A stretch of DNA of 64,000 nt, from the NCBI RefSeq assembly GCF_004010195.1, contig NC_057711.1, positions 76,002,208 through 76,066,207 of the forward strand, given 5' to 3'. This document shows positions 49,871 to 62,577 of this stretch, piece after piece. Position numbers and translations under genes: made by a program. The stretch comes from Chiloscyllium plagiosum (taxonomy: Eukaryota). The notes beneath the pieces were generated by a model, which made no database searches, had not been told where the DNA came from, and saw only the letters and a program-made list of their open reading frames with translations. How positions within the stretch are numbered: the first letter of the stretch is position 1; each line of letters starts with the position of its first letter.

Positions 49871-52149
49871 TATTGGGAGATGGCACATGCCCATTGGGAG
49901 AGACCAGGTTTTGGAGAGGTTAAGTGCCTTGTGAGGTTGTTTAATGCAGGCATAAATGTGTGTATAAAAAGCATTAATTCATCAGAACTGTCAAGATATC
50001 AAAGAACTTTAATGTGTAGAAAAGAGAAAATAATCTAATAGAGGCCTTTAAAATAGTGGAAAGATTTGAAAAACAAGATGAAGGTAAAATGTTTCTCTTT
50101 TTGAGAAACTTGAGGTCATAAATATAAGGTCGTCACTTAAAAATCTGAGTGGAATTCCAGAGAAAAGCATTTACCCAGAAATGTGAAGCATGCTGCTAAA
50201 ACAATATTTAAGACAAATAACCTAAGAATAAAGGATCATAGAATACATGCACTTAAGAAAAAAGATTTACACTTACATACACAATGACTGAGTGTCTCAA
50301 AGTGCCTTATAGCCATTGAGATACTTCTAAGCTGTGATCACTGTTATAATGTGGGAAGCTGAATAAGTGGAAGCAAAAAAAAAAATCAAACACACGAGGG
50401 AGAAAAGGGCAGAATCTGAGGGTTTAATAGAAAAGGTTGGAAGGAATCTTGTGTGGGACATCACTGCCAGCACAGACAAGTTGGACTAAATAACTTATTC
50501 CATTGCCTTACATTGTTCTTAAAAGGGGGATATAATAGGATATTTCCTCCTTTCTTCACTTCTCAACTGACTGGAGATGGGTATATTTTAGAAGTGTTCT
50601 ACTGATTTTAATGCTGTGACTCTTAAGATCAGACTAAGGCAGGTTTTTCTTCTGAATTTTCTTTTAAAAATAGAAGAAATCATTTTTGTTTCTTAACATT
50701 CAAATACATTTACAACAAACTTCATTCACAGACACAAATGCAGTCAAGAAAACGTGATAACAAATAGGTAGAATGTGATTCCACATTAAATACGTTCAAA
50801 ACTGTTATACTTGAGTCTTAAAATATTGCAGGTCTGATATTTTCCATTTGGATCACTGAAGAAATGGTATTTGGAGGTTTCTGGGGATGAACTTATACTG
50901 CCTTACTAGTTAGTCTCTGGCTTTCCTTGAGTCAAGCTTTAGTTGAACCTCTATAATGAAGATTTCACCTGAGTCTACAAATTGGTCAATAAAAGGCAGG
51001 CTCCCCACCCCTGTTATACCTGTTACTGAATTCTAGGCTGGGTTGGATCTGGCCTGGATCGTTTCCCTCAGCCCCTCTTTATCTCCCAGACTGACATGCC
51101 ACCAAATGTTTGTTCTTAAGGGTTCCTTGTCATAGTGTGGTTTTGGTCAGATGAGTATCATCTGATTTCCTATTCTCCACACCAATGATAATTTAAGGAT
51201 TGAGACACAATAGTGTTTGAATTTCAGCCATTTGCATCTACTTCGTGCTTTTTAAAAATTCAGTTGATGGGATGTGGGCATAATGACTGCATCAGTATTC
51301 ATGGCAAATCTTGCACTAATATCCATATTTGCATGATTTGCTGCCTTAAAGACAATTAATAATGAGCTGAAGGGAAAAGGAAAATCAACAGTCACTTTGA
51401 AGCCATGCTGTCATGTGGGATGATTCCTTTTTTTTAAGCAAACATGGTTATAAGGACTTAATGATTAGTCAAACAATTGAACTTTACTTTCCAGTGTTTG
51501 AATTAACCGGATGTGGGTGAGTGGCTCACCATGGGGAGATACTGATACACAAACCAATGTAAAGTTGCTTCTGGGTTCTCAGGAAAAATACTCATAGGAA
51601 CTCAGTGCCTGATTGAGGGACCTGACATTGGGAAGGTGGGGCGCCTATAGGGAGCCAACCTCTGCCCTTACTGCTGACAGTCCCGTCCCTCCTCTATTGT
51701 TACCACTATGTGATCCCCTTCCTGCCTGTGACCTGAGATCAGTAACATAGACCTAGAACATATGTCGTAATGGTAGCACTCTCACAGCCTCGCAATGGTA
51801 TTGTCTTTCAATACAACTGCTGGTCTCTGATTAGCTGGCATTATTGAGAAGAGGGATTTCTGTTCCCTGGATCTTTGATCCCAGAGAAAGGCCCACCATT
51901 GGCCTGTGAAATGCTTGATGCAATAAGATGCAACAGGATTTCTGGAAGGATGCCCTCTCTCACTCTTCAGCTGATGGCTGAAACGTCTGTGGTCTCCGCT
52001 AGATTCCACCCAATGTTTCACAGATCAGTTTCTCTTCAATTAACACTCCCAGCATGTCAATCAGATACACTGCATCACCCTTTTAAAAAAGTGCGGGTGA
52101 GAATGAAGCGATACAATGTAACTTTAAGTTGTGCTTATCACTCACAATA

Positions 52150-52323
52150 CAGAGGAACCTCAATTGCCCGGCATTCAATTATCCGAATGTCAGATTATCC
52201 AACAAGATAGCAAGCTCCCGATGCTTAGCTAAACTATGTTATCCAGCATTTGATTATCTGGAGTTGGATTAACCAAACAAAATATTCCCCACCCATGACC
52301 TTCAGATAATTGAGGTTCCTCTT
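52150..52323 (+). mobile_element. Tigger/pogo-like MITE
   Basis: TA|CAGAGGAACCTCAATT ... AATTGAGGTTCCTCTT|TA, with internal attatcc repeats. Confidence 0.8.
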
Positions 52324-52635
52324 TAGACCCTTGCTAAAACAACCAGCCAATGAACATCACGGTTAGTATTGGTTAGTTAATGCAGTAACTAAGGCAATAG
52401 AATATTTCTCTGTTGTCTACCTTCTACTGAATAGCAGTAGCTAATCATGCATCACGATCTCCAAAATCTGTTTTCTGAGATTATCAGATTCCGCCTCCTG
52501 CATGTTCTCAAGGAATTGTACGACAGTGGCTAAAGTAAATACTGTTTAAACATAAAGTTATTAACTGCTAACTTTACAAATTGTAATGGCCAGAAGAATT
52601 GAATATCAATGAAACTGGAACAATATCTATAATGG

Positions 52636-53087
52636 CAGGCAAGCAGGGGACTGGAAGAACACAGCAAGCCAGGCAGCATCAGGAGGAAAAGGGGTCAGGG
52701 GATGCGTGGGAAGGTTATTTCAAATAAACTCGATTTCAAATAACCTTTCTACCCTACCTTCCTATCCAGTCCCACCACCTCCCTTCCATTCCACCTACTG
52801 ACCCTTCCTTCCACCTACCAACTGGATTCAACCCTCCCATTGTGCAACCAGGTCGGATCCACCACCTATGTTAACCTATCACTAAGTCACCCTTCTGCCC
52901 CTCTCCCCACCCAAAACCCTCCCCCCTTGCTTTATTTGCAGCTCCTCCGACCCTCACCTCCAATCCCGAAGAAGGGTTATACCCAGAATATCAACTTCTC
53001 TACCTTCTGATGCTGCCTGGCTTGCTATGTTCTTCCAGCCTCCCACTAGTCTGGTTTGGATTCCAGCATCTGCAGTTTGTTTGTCCC
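52636..53087 (+). mobile_element. PLE terminal insertion with a short inverted 5' arm
   Basis: ctggaagaacacagcaagccaggcagcatcag is inverted to ctgatgctgcctggcttgctatgttcttccag. TSD tatctataatgg / tgtctgtaatgg, and a decayed HHR at 52962-52996. Confidence 0.8.
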
Positions 53088-53104
53088 TGTCTGTAATGGT
53101 GGCC

Positions 53105-53280
53105 ATTGCACCACATCAGTTTACTAGCTGGCGTACAACTTTCCACACTCTCTATTTAGTCTTGAAACTGATGTGTTAACTACATAACAATAGCATGTAA
53201 ACTTCAAAAATACTTTAACTGTAAAGAATCTTGTGACACCTTCAGGTTGTGAAAGGTTCTATGCAATTGCCAGCTTTTAC
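53105..53280 (+). mobile_element. Deu-domain SINE 3' tail, degraded
   Basis: acttcaaaaatacttt..ctgtaaag..ggttgtgaaaggttctatgcaa. Confidence 0.45.
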
Positions 53281-54397
53281 TTTACCTTTTAAGCTCTTTA
53301 GTCATCTGGAGTTTGTGAGGTTGACAATTTATATTTTTATATTTAAACAATTTTCTTTTTATCATTACCAAGTAATGGGATAGTTGATCTGATAAACACC
53401 TTCAGATTCTTTCAGAAATCATTTATATTTTAGCATCCATTTCTTTCTGGGTATTTCTTTGAAGGGAGGAAGTAGGAAACTTAAGGCCAGTTAGCTTAAC
53501 ATCTATCGTTGGGAAATTGTTGGTATCTATTATGAAGGAAGTTGTAAAGGGACTTTTGAAAAGCAGAAAAGCAACTCATCAAAGTCAGCATGGTTTTATG
53601 AAATCACGTAAATCATGTTTGAATAATTTGCTAGAGTGCTTTAAAGATGAAACAAGTGAAGTAGATAATTGGGGGTCCTATAGATGTAGTATATCTGGAC
53701 TGCCAGAAAGCATTTGCTAAAGTGTCGCACAAAAGGTTAACACACAAGGTATACACAGGATTAGGAGCAATACATTAGCTTGGATAGAGGATTGGCTGAC
53801 CATCAGAAAGAAGACTCAGGGTAGATGGGTCTTTTTCTGGTTGGCATGCTTTAACTAGTGGGTTGAAACAGGCTTTGGTTCTCAAGCCCTAATTGTTTAC
53901 AATCCAGGTTAATGATTTGGATGTGGGGATAGAAAGTACTAGAGCCGAACTTGCAGATGACACTAAAATAGATAGGAAAGTAAGTGACAATGAATACAGA
54001 AGAAATTTACAAATTAATAAGGACAGGTTAGGTGCATGGGGCCAAAATATGGCAAATGAGGGTAGATGTGAGGTTATCTCCTTTGGTCTGAAGAATAAAA
54101 AGGCAACCTATTATCTAAATGGAGAGAAACTCTACAATGCTTCAATGCAGATGGAGCTGAGTATACTCGTGCATGAGTTACAGAAAGCTAGTACCCAGGT
54201 ACAGCAGGTACTAAGGAGGGTAAGCTGAACTTTGGGATTTATTGCTAAAGGAATGGAGTGAAGTATTATTGCAGTTATGCTTGGCATTTGTGAGACCACG
54301 TCCAGAGTATTGTGTACAGCCTTGATCCTCCTACCTCAGGAAGGATAAAGTTAAAAATCATACATCACCAGGTTATGATCCAACAGGTTTACTTGGA

Positions 54398-54436
54398 ATT
54401 ACTAGCTTTCAGAGCACTGCTCCTTCATCAGGTAAC
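54398..54436 (-). ncRNA. Minimal type I hammerhead ribozyme, intact core (family 2)
   Basis: Minus strand GTTAC CTGATGA A GGAGC AGT GCTCT GAAA GC TA GTAAT. Palindromic stem III AGCU and a CUA triplet. Confidence 0.7.
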
Positions 54437-54593
54437 TAGTGGGGCAGGATCATAAGACACAGAATTTATAGCAAAAGCTCTCAGTGTCAAGCAATTAAAA
54501 TGATATATTGAACAAAGCTAGATTGCTGTTAAGTCTTTCATCTTTTAGAATGGGTTACAGGTTTTGGTTCATTGATATGTAAATCCCAATCTT

Positions 54594-54820
54594 GAGTCAT
54601 AGAGTAATAGAGATGTACAGCATGGAAACAGACCCTTGGGTCCAAGCTGTCCACGCTGACCAGATATCCCAACCCAATCTAGTCCTACCTGCCAGCACCC
54701 AGCCCACATCCCTCCAAACTCTTCCTATTCATATACCCATCCAAATGCCTTTTAAATTTTGCAATTGTACCAGCTTCCACCACATCCTCTGGCAGCTCAT
54801 TCCATATACGTACCACTCAT
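54594..54820 (-). mobile_element. CR1 3' end nested in the PLE element
   Basis: gagtcatagagtaatagagatgtacagcatggaaacagaccc matches 34088-34310. Confidence 0.88.
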
Positions 54821-55989
54821 TTTATTTCCAAAGTGAAAATTGCATTTGCAGATATATTCTACTTTTGCTCAAGAAGCACACAAAAGGCAGTCAATGCAGG
54901 CAATCAATCCATGTAACATTTTATAAATTCCTACTTTGGAAATAGAACCAGTCTGACTCAAGATTGGGATACAGGCAGACTCTAACCTTACACCTTTAAT
55001 GTATTGTCTGAGCTGAAATGTCACTTTTTTTAATAAAATCATAAGTTATCTCGAGAAGGTGACTTAAAAGAAGTTCTGTGATTTACATATTAATGAACCA
55101 AAACCTGCAACCCATTCTAAAAGATGAAAAACTTAACAACAGTGTTGGTTTTAATTGCATAACACTGTGATCTTTTGCTATAAATTTGGTGTCTTATGAC
55201 CCTACCCCACTAGTTACTTGATGAAGGAGCAGCACTCTGAAAGCTCGTACTTCCAAATAAACCTGTTGGACAAAGTTGCATGATTTTTAACTTTGTCCAC
55301 CTCAGTTCAACACCGGCACCTCCATTTCAGAGAGGATTTAATTGCACTGAAGGCAGATCAAAGAAGGTTCAACTAGATTAATTCCAGAGGTGGAAGTCTT
55401 GTCTTATTAGGGGAAATTGAGCAGTTTAGATCTATACACACTGGAAATCACAAAGATGAGAGCTGATCTAATTGAGGTTTATAAGTTGCTAAATGGGATT
55501 GAAAAATTACATTTAGAGAGGATGTTTTCACGTGGGGGACAATCTAGAATGAAAGATGATAGTTTTAGGATAAAGGGTGGTAGATATAAAACAGCGATGA
55601 GGAGAAATTACTTCTCTCGAAAGGATATGAATCTGTGGAATTTGCTACCCCAGAGTGCAGTGGATACCGGGACATTGACTAAATTTAAGGCAGAGCTAGA
55701 CAGATTCGTAATTAGTAATAGGTTGAAGGGTTATGGAGAGCAGGCAGGCAAGTGGGAGTGACGCCAAGATGAGATCAGCCATGGTTTATTAAATGGCGGA
55801 GCAGGCCTGAGAGGCTTAATTGCTTACTCCTGCTTCTAGTTCTTATACTCTTTTGTGCTAATCTCAAAACTCATTTAAAATGCTGTTACATTGAAAATCA
55901 TAAAAATCTAACTTTTTTCTATTAATATTTTTTGCAATGGGACCTGACTCACTAACATATCATCTAGGCCACAATAACCCTGGAAAGGA

Positions 55990-56680
55990 CCAAGAATCGA
56001 AGGGACCTTGGGAGTATGTCCACCAGTCATTTAAGGTAGCAAGGCAGTGAATAAAGTGTTTAAGGAGGCACCCTGTCTTTATTAGGTGATGCACAGAGTT
56101 TAAGAGCAGGGAGGTTATGCTGGACTTGTATAAAAGGGTGATTAAGCCATATTAGACTATTGTGTGCAGTTTTAGAAGCTATATTAAAGGAGGGATGTGA
56201 TTGTATTGCAGTGTGTGCAGAGGATATTCACCCAGCTATTGCCTTGACTGGAGAGTTTCAGTTATGAAGAAAAGTTGGATGAACTGGGGTTGTGTTTGCT
56301 GATGCAGAGGTGACTGAGGGGGGGTCATGACTCAGATGCATAAAAATATGAACAGCATAGACAGAGTAGATGTGAAGCAACTTTTCCCTTTGGTAGAGGG
56401 GTCAATGACCAGGAGTTATGGATTTATGGTAAAGAATGGGATGTTTTGAGCTGCGAGGAAAGAAATACACTCAGAGGATGTTAGGAATCTGGAGCTCACT
56501 GCCTGTAAGAGATGTAGAGGCAGAAACCCTCATAAAATTTAAGAATAATTTACACGTACACTTGCAATACCAAGGCAAGCTATGGACCAAGTACTTGAAA
56601 GTGTGATTACAATGGTTAGGTGCTTGTTTTTGACTAGCAGAGACTCTTCTGTGATGTAGACCTTTATTACTCTATAAAAC
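55990..56680 (+). mobile_element. Old CR1 3' fragment
   Basis: LDYCVQF and LESFSYEEKLDELGL motifs. Confidence 0.7.
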
Positions 56681-56919
56681 ATCTAAAAAACTGTTGAAAC
56701 CAAAGGTAACTTAGCTGATTACAGCATAAAAGATGACTGAGGCAGTTTTCAACTTTGTGACTATTAAAGTTATTGCTGTAAGAGAAAATTGTATACTTGA
56801 TTTTCAATATATAATGTACACAATGTTGCTACAGGGAACAATTTTCTACTCCGGTCTCGTTTCTGTGATTTTCATTACTGGTCATTAGATCCTTTTTATG
56901 ACTCCTTCTCCACATTTGT

Positions 56920-57036
56920 AGATATTTTCTAATCAGCCTGTTCCGTGATTTTATTACACATCTCTGGAGCAGGTGGAATATAAGCCCAGGTTTCCTGGCT
57001 CAGAGACAGGGACACTACCACTGCCACAAGAGCCCT
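56920..57036 (-). mobile_element. Short tRNA-derived SINE
   Basis: Minus head gggctcttgtggcagtggtagtgtccct. The tail aacaggctgattagaaaata is also seen at about 12675-12725. Flanking repeat ccacattt. Confidence 0.65.
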
Positions 57037-57111
57037 TCCCACATTTTATACTATTTTTCTTAATCTCTTGACTTGATAACGGTATATCTGTTTCCGGTAT
57101 AGTTTCGGAGG

Positions 57112-57195
57112 CATTCTCCAAGAAATGAGCTTAAGCAATGAATGCTGGTAAGCTCATTTCTTGGAGAATGAATGCTGGTAAGCTCATTTCTTGGA
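57112..57195. repeat. Combined 22-bp inverted and 29-bp direct repeat
   Basis: 57112-57133 is the exact reverse complement of 57149-57170; 57137-57165 equals 57167-57195. Confidence 0.9.
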
Positions 57196-57862
57196 CCTCA
57201 CAATTGAACCCAGTCCTCCCCTTGCCTGCAATCCACAGAATAGCATTTACCAGCAGAGCTCACTGGATTTGCAATCTGCAGTAGATCCCCTCACTGATAT
57301 TTATCAGCCAAGGAACAAGTCATTCTCAGAATTATTACTTTGTTCAGAATGGAGTGGTGACTCTCAGAAAATAAGCCACCATATACTGGTTATTGCAGTC
57401 TAAAGTAGCAGGTTGACAATTTTATGACTATTTTTAGTGGCACTATGTGAAACAAGGTGCTAGAGACAAAATACTTCAGTTATGTGGAGAGAGAGAAGGG
57501 AATAGGGTTGTTCCCCTTCAGGCAAAGAAATTTAAGAGATTTAACAGCAGTGCTCAAAATCATGAAAGGTTTAGATACAACAAGAAGGAGAGAATGTTTT
57601 CACTGTCAGCAGTCAATAATCAGAAGCCAGATTTAGTTCAATTTACAAAAGCGGCAGACCCAAAATATAGGGGAAAAGTACATTGCAATTTGTTATGATC
57701 TGGAGTGCTGGTGATATGGAAGTTTCAATGATAGGTTTCAAATAGAATTGGATGAATGCTTGAAGAAGAAATGTTTGCAGCACTATGGAAAAACAGGAGG
57801 GGTGGTGGGGGTGGGGTGGCAGGACAAAACTTTTCAAAGAGTCAGTTTTATTTTGTACCATA

Positions 57863-58144
57863 GGGTGGCACAGTGGCTCAGTAGTTAGCACTGCTGCCTC
57901 ACAGTTCCAGGGACCCAGGTTTGATTCCAGCACATTCTCCCACAGTCCAAAGATGTGCAGGTTAGGTGAATTTGTCATGCTAAATTGCCCATAGTGTTCT
58001 GCAATGTGTAGGTTAGTTGCCTTATGTAGGGGAAATGTAAAGTAATAGGATAGGGGAATGGGTCTGGGTGGATACTCTTCGGAGGATCGGTGTGGACTTG
58101 TTGGGCAAAAATGACCTGTTTCCACACTGAAGGGATTCTATGAT
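57863..58144 (+). mobile_element. HE1-type SINE with internal deletions
   Basis: tRNA head, truncated core and tail cctgtttccacactgaagggattctatga. Confidence 0.85.
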
Positions 58145-58508
58145 ATCACTCTAGGTTTCCATGACTCACATTAAATATTAAAACACCAGTTACTATTATA
58201 TCATATCAAATGCTCCTCTGCTGGTCTTTTGTACAGTTAAACTTGCTTTCATAAAGGCAGATAATGACACCTTGTATAGCAGCCTGAATATATTATTACG
58301 AATATTACATAGCAAAATTTTAATCATTTCAGAGAGTTGTATTCTGAGGTGATTAGGATCTGGAATGCACTGGCTGTGGGGTGATGGCAGACTAAATTGT
58401 GACTGTCAAAAATAAATTGGATAACTATCTGAGGAGAAACGTTTGAGAGGGCTTTAAAGCGAGAGTGAGGGAATAGTTCTTGTTGAGTTACTCTTGCATA
58501 TTCTTTAT

Positions 58509-58843
58509 GGGTGGCATGGTCGCTCAGTGTTTAACACTCCAGCCTCACAGTGCCAGGGACCCAGGTTCGATTCCCACCTCGGATGAATGTTTGTGTGGAG
58601 TTTGTACATTCTCCCCAAGTCTGATAGGTTTCCTCCGAGTGCTCCAGTTTCTTCCTACAATCCAAAGATGTACAGGTCAGGTGAATTGGCCAAGCTTAAT
58701 TGCCCATAGTGTTAGGTGCATTAGTTAGGGATAAGTATAGAGTAGGGGAATGGATCTGGGTGGGTTGCTCTTTGGAGGGTCGGCATGGACTTGTTGGCCC
58801 AAAGAGCCTATTTCCATACTGTAGGGAATCTCATCTAATCTAA
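58509..58843 (+). mobile_element. HE1-type SINE
   Basis: B box ggttcgattccc, core and (taatc)n tail. Confidence 0.88.
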
Positions 58844-59667
58844 AGAGCTGGGTTGACTTGAATGACCCCTTTCTCTAACTATTCAATGGTGCTACAATTC
58901 TGTAATGATGAGAAAGTGATAAACGTTACTTTAAAATTCTATGAACTGGGGTAAAATGAACAAAAGAGCAGATGTGAGAGACCAAGAGAGATAGGGCAAG
59001 TGCCCAGACAATTACCAACAAAGCTTTCAAAGCAAGCCTGGGGTAGGTAAAATCCCCAAGTTCCCCATAAGTGGGCCCAAAATCTCAAGAGTGTACATCA
59101 GACTTTCTGATCTAGTGTCAGCATTTTGAAAATTATTCAAATTGCCCAAATTTAATTTCAATGCAGCATAAGGAAATAAGAAACAAATCCAAATCAGTCC
59201 ATCTTTCCACAGTCCATTAGTTATCGATCTCATAATGAACTTTAAAACCACTCGCATTTGATCTCCTGAAATTCTCACATAAATAATCTCAGATCCTCAA
59301 TTACATTCAAGCTAAAATGTCAGAATATTGATTAGTTCACACATGTCTACAACTCGATTACAAACCTACTTTCTTCTGCAGATATTTCCAGACATTTTTG
59401 TTTTAGACCCTAGATCACAGAAACCATTGCACCCTGTAGAGTATCAGATTCTCTTAAGTGTAACCTCTAACCTTGATCTCATCTGAATGTTTTGGCAGGC
59501 AGCTTTGAAAGATTTATCAACAAGTCATCATCTGCTTTTCCTTGATGTCTGTTTGTTCACTTTTCAGGAGAAAACAGTCATATTTTACACAAATATTTAC
59601 ATAAAATATTAAACTAATGTTTTAGATCTAATATGATGTTTTCAGAATTGAGTTTCAAAATGCTTTC

Positions 59668-59782
59668 TCAAAATATTAACTTTGTTTCCCTCTCCACAGA
59701 TGCTGCCAGATCTGTTGCATTTCTCCAGCACTTTCTCTTTTAATTTCATATCTCCAGCATCTACCGAATTTTGCATTTGCTT
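59668..59782 (+). mobile_element. Old PLE-type 3' tail (family 3-like)
   Basis: aaatattaactttgtttccctctccacagatgctgccaga..tccagcatct resembles 43440-43510. Confidence 0.6.
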
Positions 59783-60758
59783 TGATGTAATTTTCTTTCC
59801 TTTTGCTTAAGACTTGTTCATTGAAACCTATGACCTATGTCTGTGCTCAGAGTCCAAGTCAAATACTTATTTCATCATTATTTATACTTCTGAACATTTT
59901 AAAGATGCGGATCATGTTCCTCTCTGACCTCTAGTCTCCAGTTAAAACAAGTTCTACATTGCAAGTATAGTTATTCCTGACATGGTGCTTTAAATCCTGA
60001 ATTCATCCTTGTTGTTCTTCCTCTCTGAACACTTTCCAAAGAATAAACATTTTTTGAAGAATGAATATCCAAATCTGCACACAATATTCCAAATGTGATC
60101 TCATCAGCAAGTTGCACAGAGTTACCATTGAGTCTTTCAAATTACTTCCAAATGCTTTGACATGTATCCTAATCTGTGATTAACTTTCAAGCTAGCTTTT
60201 TCACATCAGGAACATGCTGAATAGCATGGGGCAGAAAATATTGACCAATCTCTCTATTTTGTCTCCAAATCTTATTGCTGTCTATAAGGGGTTAATGACA
60301 GAAATCGTTGGACCACAGCATCGCCTCCTTGTCCCCAACCCGAGCGCAGAGCCCACCCACCCAAACTGTACACAAATTACCCTATCCCAACATGAGAACA
60401 GCAGCCTCACAGTGGTGTCACGCCTGACCTGAAGCGCAGCATGAACCCGAGAGCTCCAGGCCTCAGTTATTGAGCCAATCAGCCTCTCAAGTATCCATCC
60501 AGTTGTCCAGTTAATATTTCCACACTATCTGCCTCCTGTGTATACACTGACAATCTGTTTCACATCTTTTGCAACCACAGCACGTGAATGCTTAGTCAAT
60601 GATTAGTAATCCAATCAAAAGTGTAGCTTCCAGTTTCCCAAAGCTTTTGATTCTGCATAATTTATGGCCCTTTGATCTTACCTTGTAATCGTTTTGGTCC
60701 AAGTATTTGGCCAGTCAGCCTTACAACTGCAGAAATTTGTGTTTCAAATAATTGAATT

Positions 60759-61440
60759 AATTCATAGTTCCTTGAAAGTGGAGTCTCAGATGGATAGGAT
60801 AGTGAAGAAGGCATTTGGTATGCTTTCCTTTATTGGTCAGTGCACTGAGTATAGGAATTGGGAGGTCATGTTGCGGCTGAACAGGACATTGGTGAGGCCA
60901 CTTTTGGAATACAGTGTGCAATTCTGGGCTCCCTGCTATAGGAAGGATGTTGTGAAACTTGAAAGGGTTCAGAAAAGATTTGCAAGAATGTTGCAAGGGT
61001 TGGAGGGTTTGAGCTATAGGGAGAGGCTGAATAGGCTGGGGCTGTTTTCCCTACAGTGTCGGAGATTGAGGGGTGATCTTATAGAGGTTTAGAAAATCAA
61101 GGGGTGCATGAACAAGATAAATAGACAGTATTTTCCCCAGGGCAGGGGAGTCAAAACTAGAGGGCATAGGTTTAGGGTGAGAGGGGAAAGATTTAAAGAG
61201 GCAAATTTTTAACGCAAAGGGTGGTGCGTGTATGGAATGAGCTGCCAGAGCAAGTGGTGGAGGCTAGTATAATTACAACATTTAAAAGGCTTCTGGATGG
61301 GTACCTGAATAGAAAGGGTTTAGAGGGATATAGTCCAAGTGCTGGCAAATGGGACTAGATTAATTTAGGATAACTGGTCAGCATGGATGAGTTGGACCAA
61401 AGGGTCTGTTTCGGTGCTGTACCCCTCAATGACTCTATAA
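60759..61440 (+). mobile_element. 5'-truncated CR1-clade LINE
   Basis: ORF2 C-terminus HSSLKVESQMDRIVKKAFG..RRLRGDLIEV, 3' UTR and gactctat tail. Confidence 0.93.
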
Positions 61441-62367
61441 TTCTGTAATTCAATAAACTCCATAATGCTTAATTGAATGAGATGAAACTTAAGGTTGATT
61501 ACATTTCTGTAGCATCAAAAGATAGCAGAAAAATAGGACATGCTGTTTCAATGGAATTCAAATCAGAATAGCTTAAGTTACAAATAAAAAAAGTTGATAA
61601 CAAATAATGCTCTATTTGATTTCCTTTCAATATAATTATATTCACTCTTGACTCAGATAATTTAAGAAGACTGCAGAGCAAAGTAACAGCACATTATCAG
61701 GATTCAGAGTTACAAAGAATAAACTATATCTGGAAGTTGCAACATAAATGAAGGCTGATTTTCAACTTCGCTGCCAAACAGAAGAATCAGAATTAATAAA
61801 AGGCAAGATTTTTAAAAGGGCTTGAGCAATATTAAAACTTCCACCTAAGGACTGCTCATTTGACTGCAATAGATGCAACTATCCAGAATGCTGCAGACGT
61901 GGTGCTGGCTTTTTTGGACAGTTCAATTCTTTGAAATGGGGGCCTCAAACAGATAGTAAACACATGCAAAGAGCCTAACCTATGTTGCAGATGTGGACCC
62001 TGGCCACTAATAATGGAAACTGTATGGGAACTTTGGGACAGGAATAGGAAATCTCGTTTCTTCAAGTCTGTTCTGACACTCGATGAGTTCATGACTGCTT
62101 TATGGTCTAACTCAATATATCCACCTTTGTCCTATCTCTGTGTAATTCTTTACCAATATATTGGGTGCCAGGTCTCCACCAGCAATGTGTATATTATGCC
62201 ACCTGACACTTCAATAGGATGTCTGTGAATTTCTCTTTCTTAATCTTTCTTTTTGCTCCAAAGATATGCATTTACTGATGCACTTAAAGTTTTTTGCTCT
62301 ATTTGATTTGGCATATTTCAACAGATTTTCAACGATCTTTGGTCTAAATTAACCCTGGAAGATTGGA

Positions 62368-62577
62368 TTCTGGATTAGTGGTGCTGGAAGAGCACAGCAG
62401 TTCAGGCAGCACAGCAGTGAAATCAACGTTTCAGGCAAAAGCTCTTCATATTCCTGATGAAGGGCTTTTGCCTGAAACGTCAATTTTGCTGCTCCTTGGA
62501 TGCTGTCTGAACTGCTGTGCTCTTCCAGCACCACTAATCCAGAATCTGGTTTCCAGCATTTGCAGTCATTGTTTTTA
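62368..62577 (+). mobile_element. PLE-derived fold-back insertion with a 14-bp flanking direct repeat
   Basis: CCTGGAAGATTGGA at 62354-62367 and 62578-62591. The inverted arms meet at the HHR core, with an approximately 34-nt tail. Confidence 0.9.
62450..62485 (+). ncRNA. Minimal hammerhead ribozyme motif, core intact, weakened stem I
   Basis: ATTC CTGATGA A GGGC TTTT GCCT GAAA C GTC AATT. Confidence 0.6.

Larger units (their letters stand above)
54347..55325 (+). mobile_element. PLE-derived family 2 insertion with approximately 240-bp inverted arms, each with an HHR motif
   Basis: 54347-54590 is the reverse complement of about 55070-55294, followed by an approximately 30-nt tail. Imperfect TSD tcaggaaggat / tcagagaggat. 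Confidence 0.85.
53455..55850 (+). mobile_element. Old CR1 ORF2 and 3' UTR, interrupted by 54347-55325
   Basis: SQHGFMKSRKSCLNNL, LADDTKI and RADLIEVYKLLNG, with an (ttctta)-like tail. Confidence 0.85.

Noticed and set aside
57137..57195. CRISPR-like repeat
   Set aside because: Only two adjacent units, no spacers, and a eukaryotic context.
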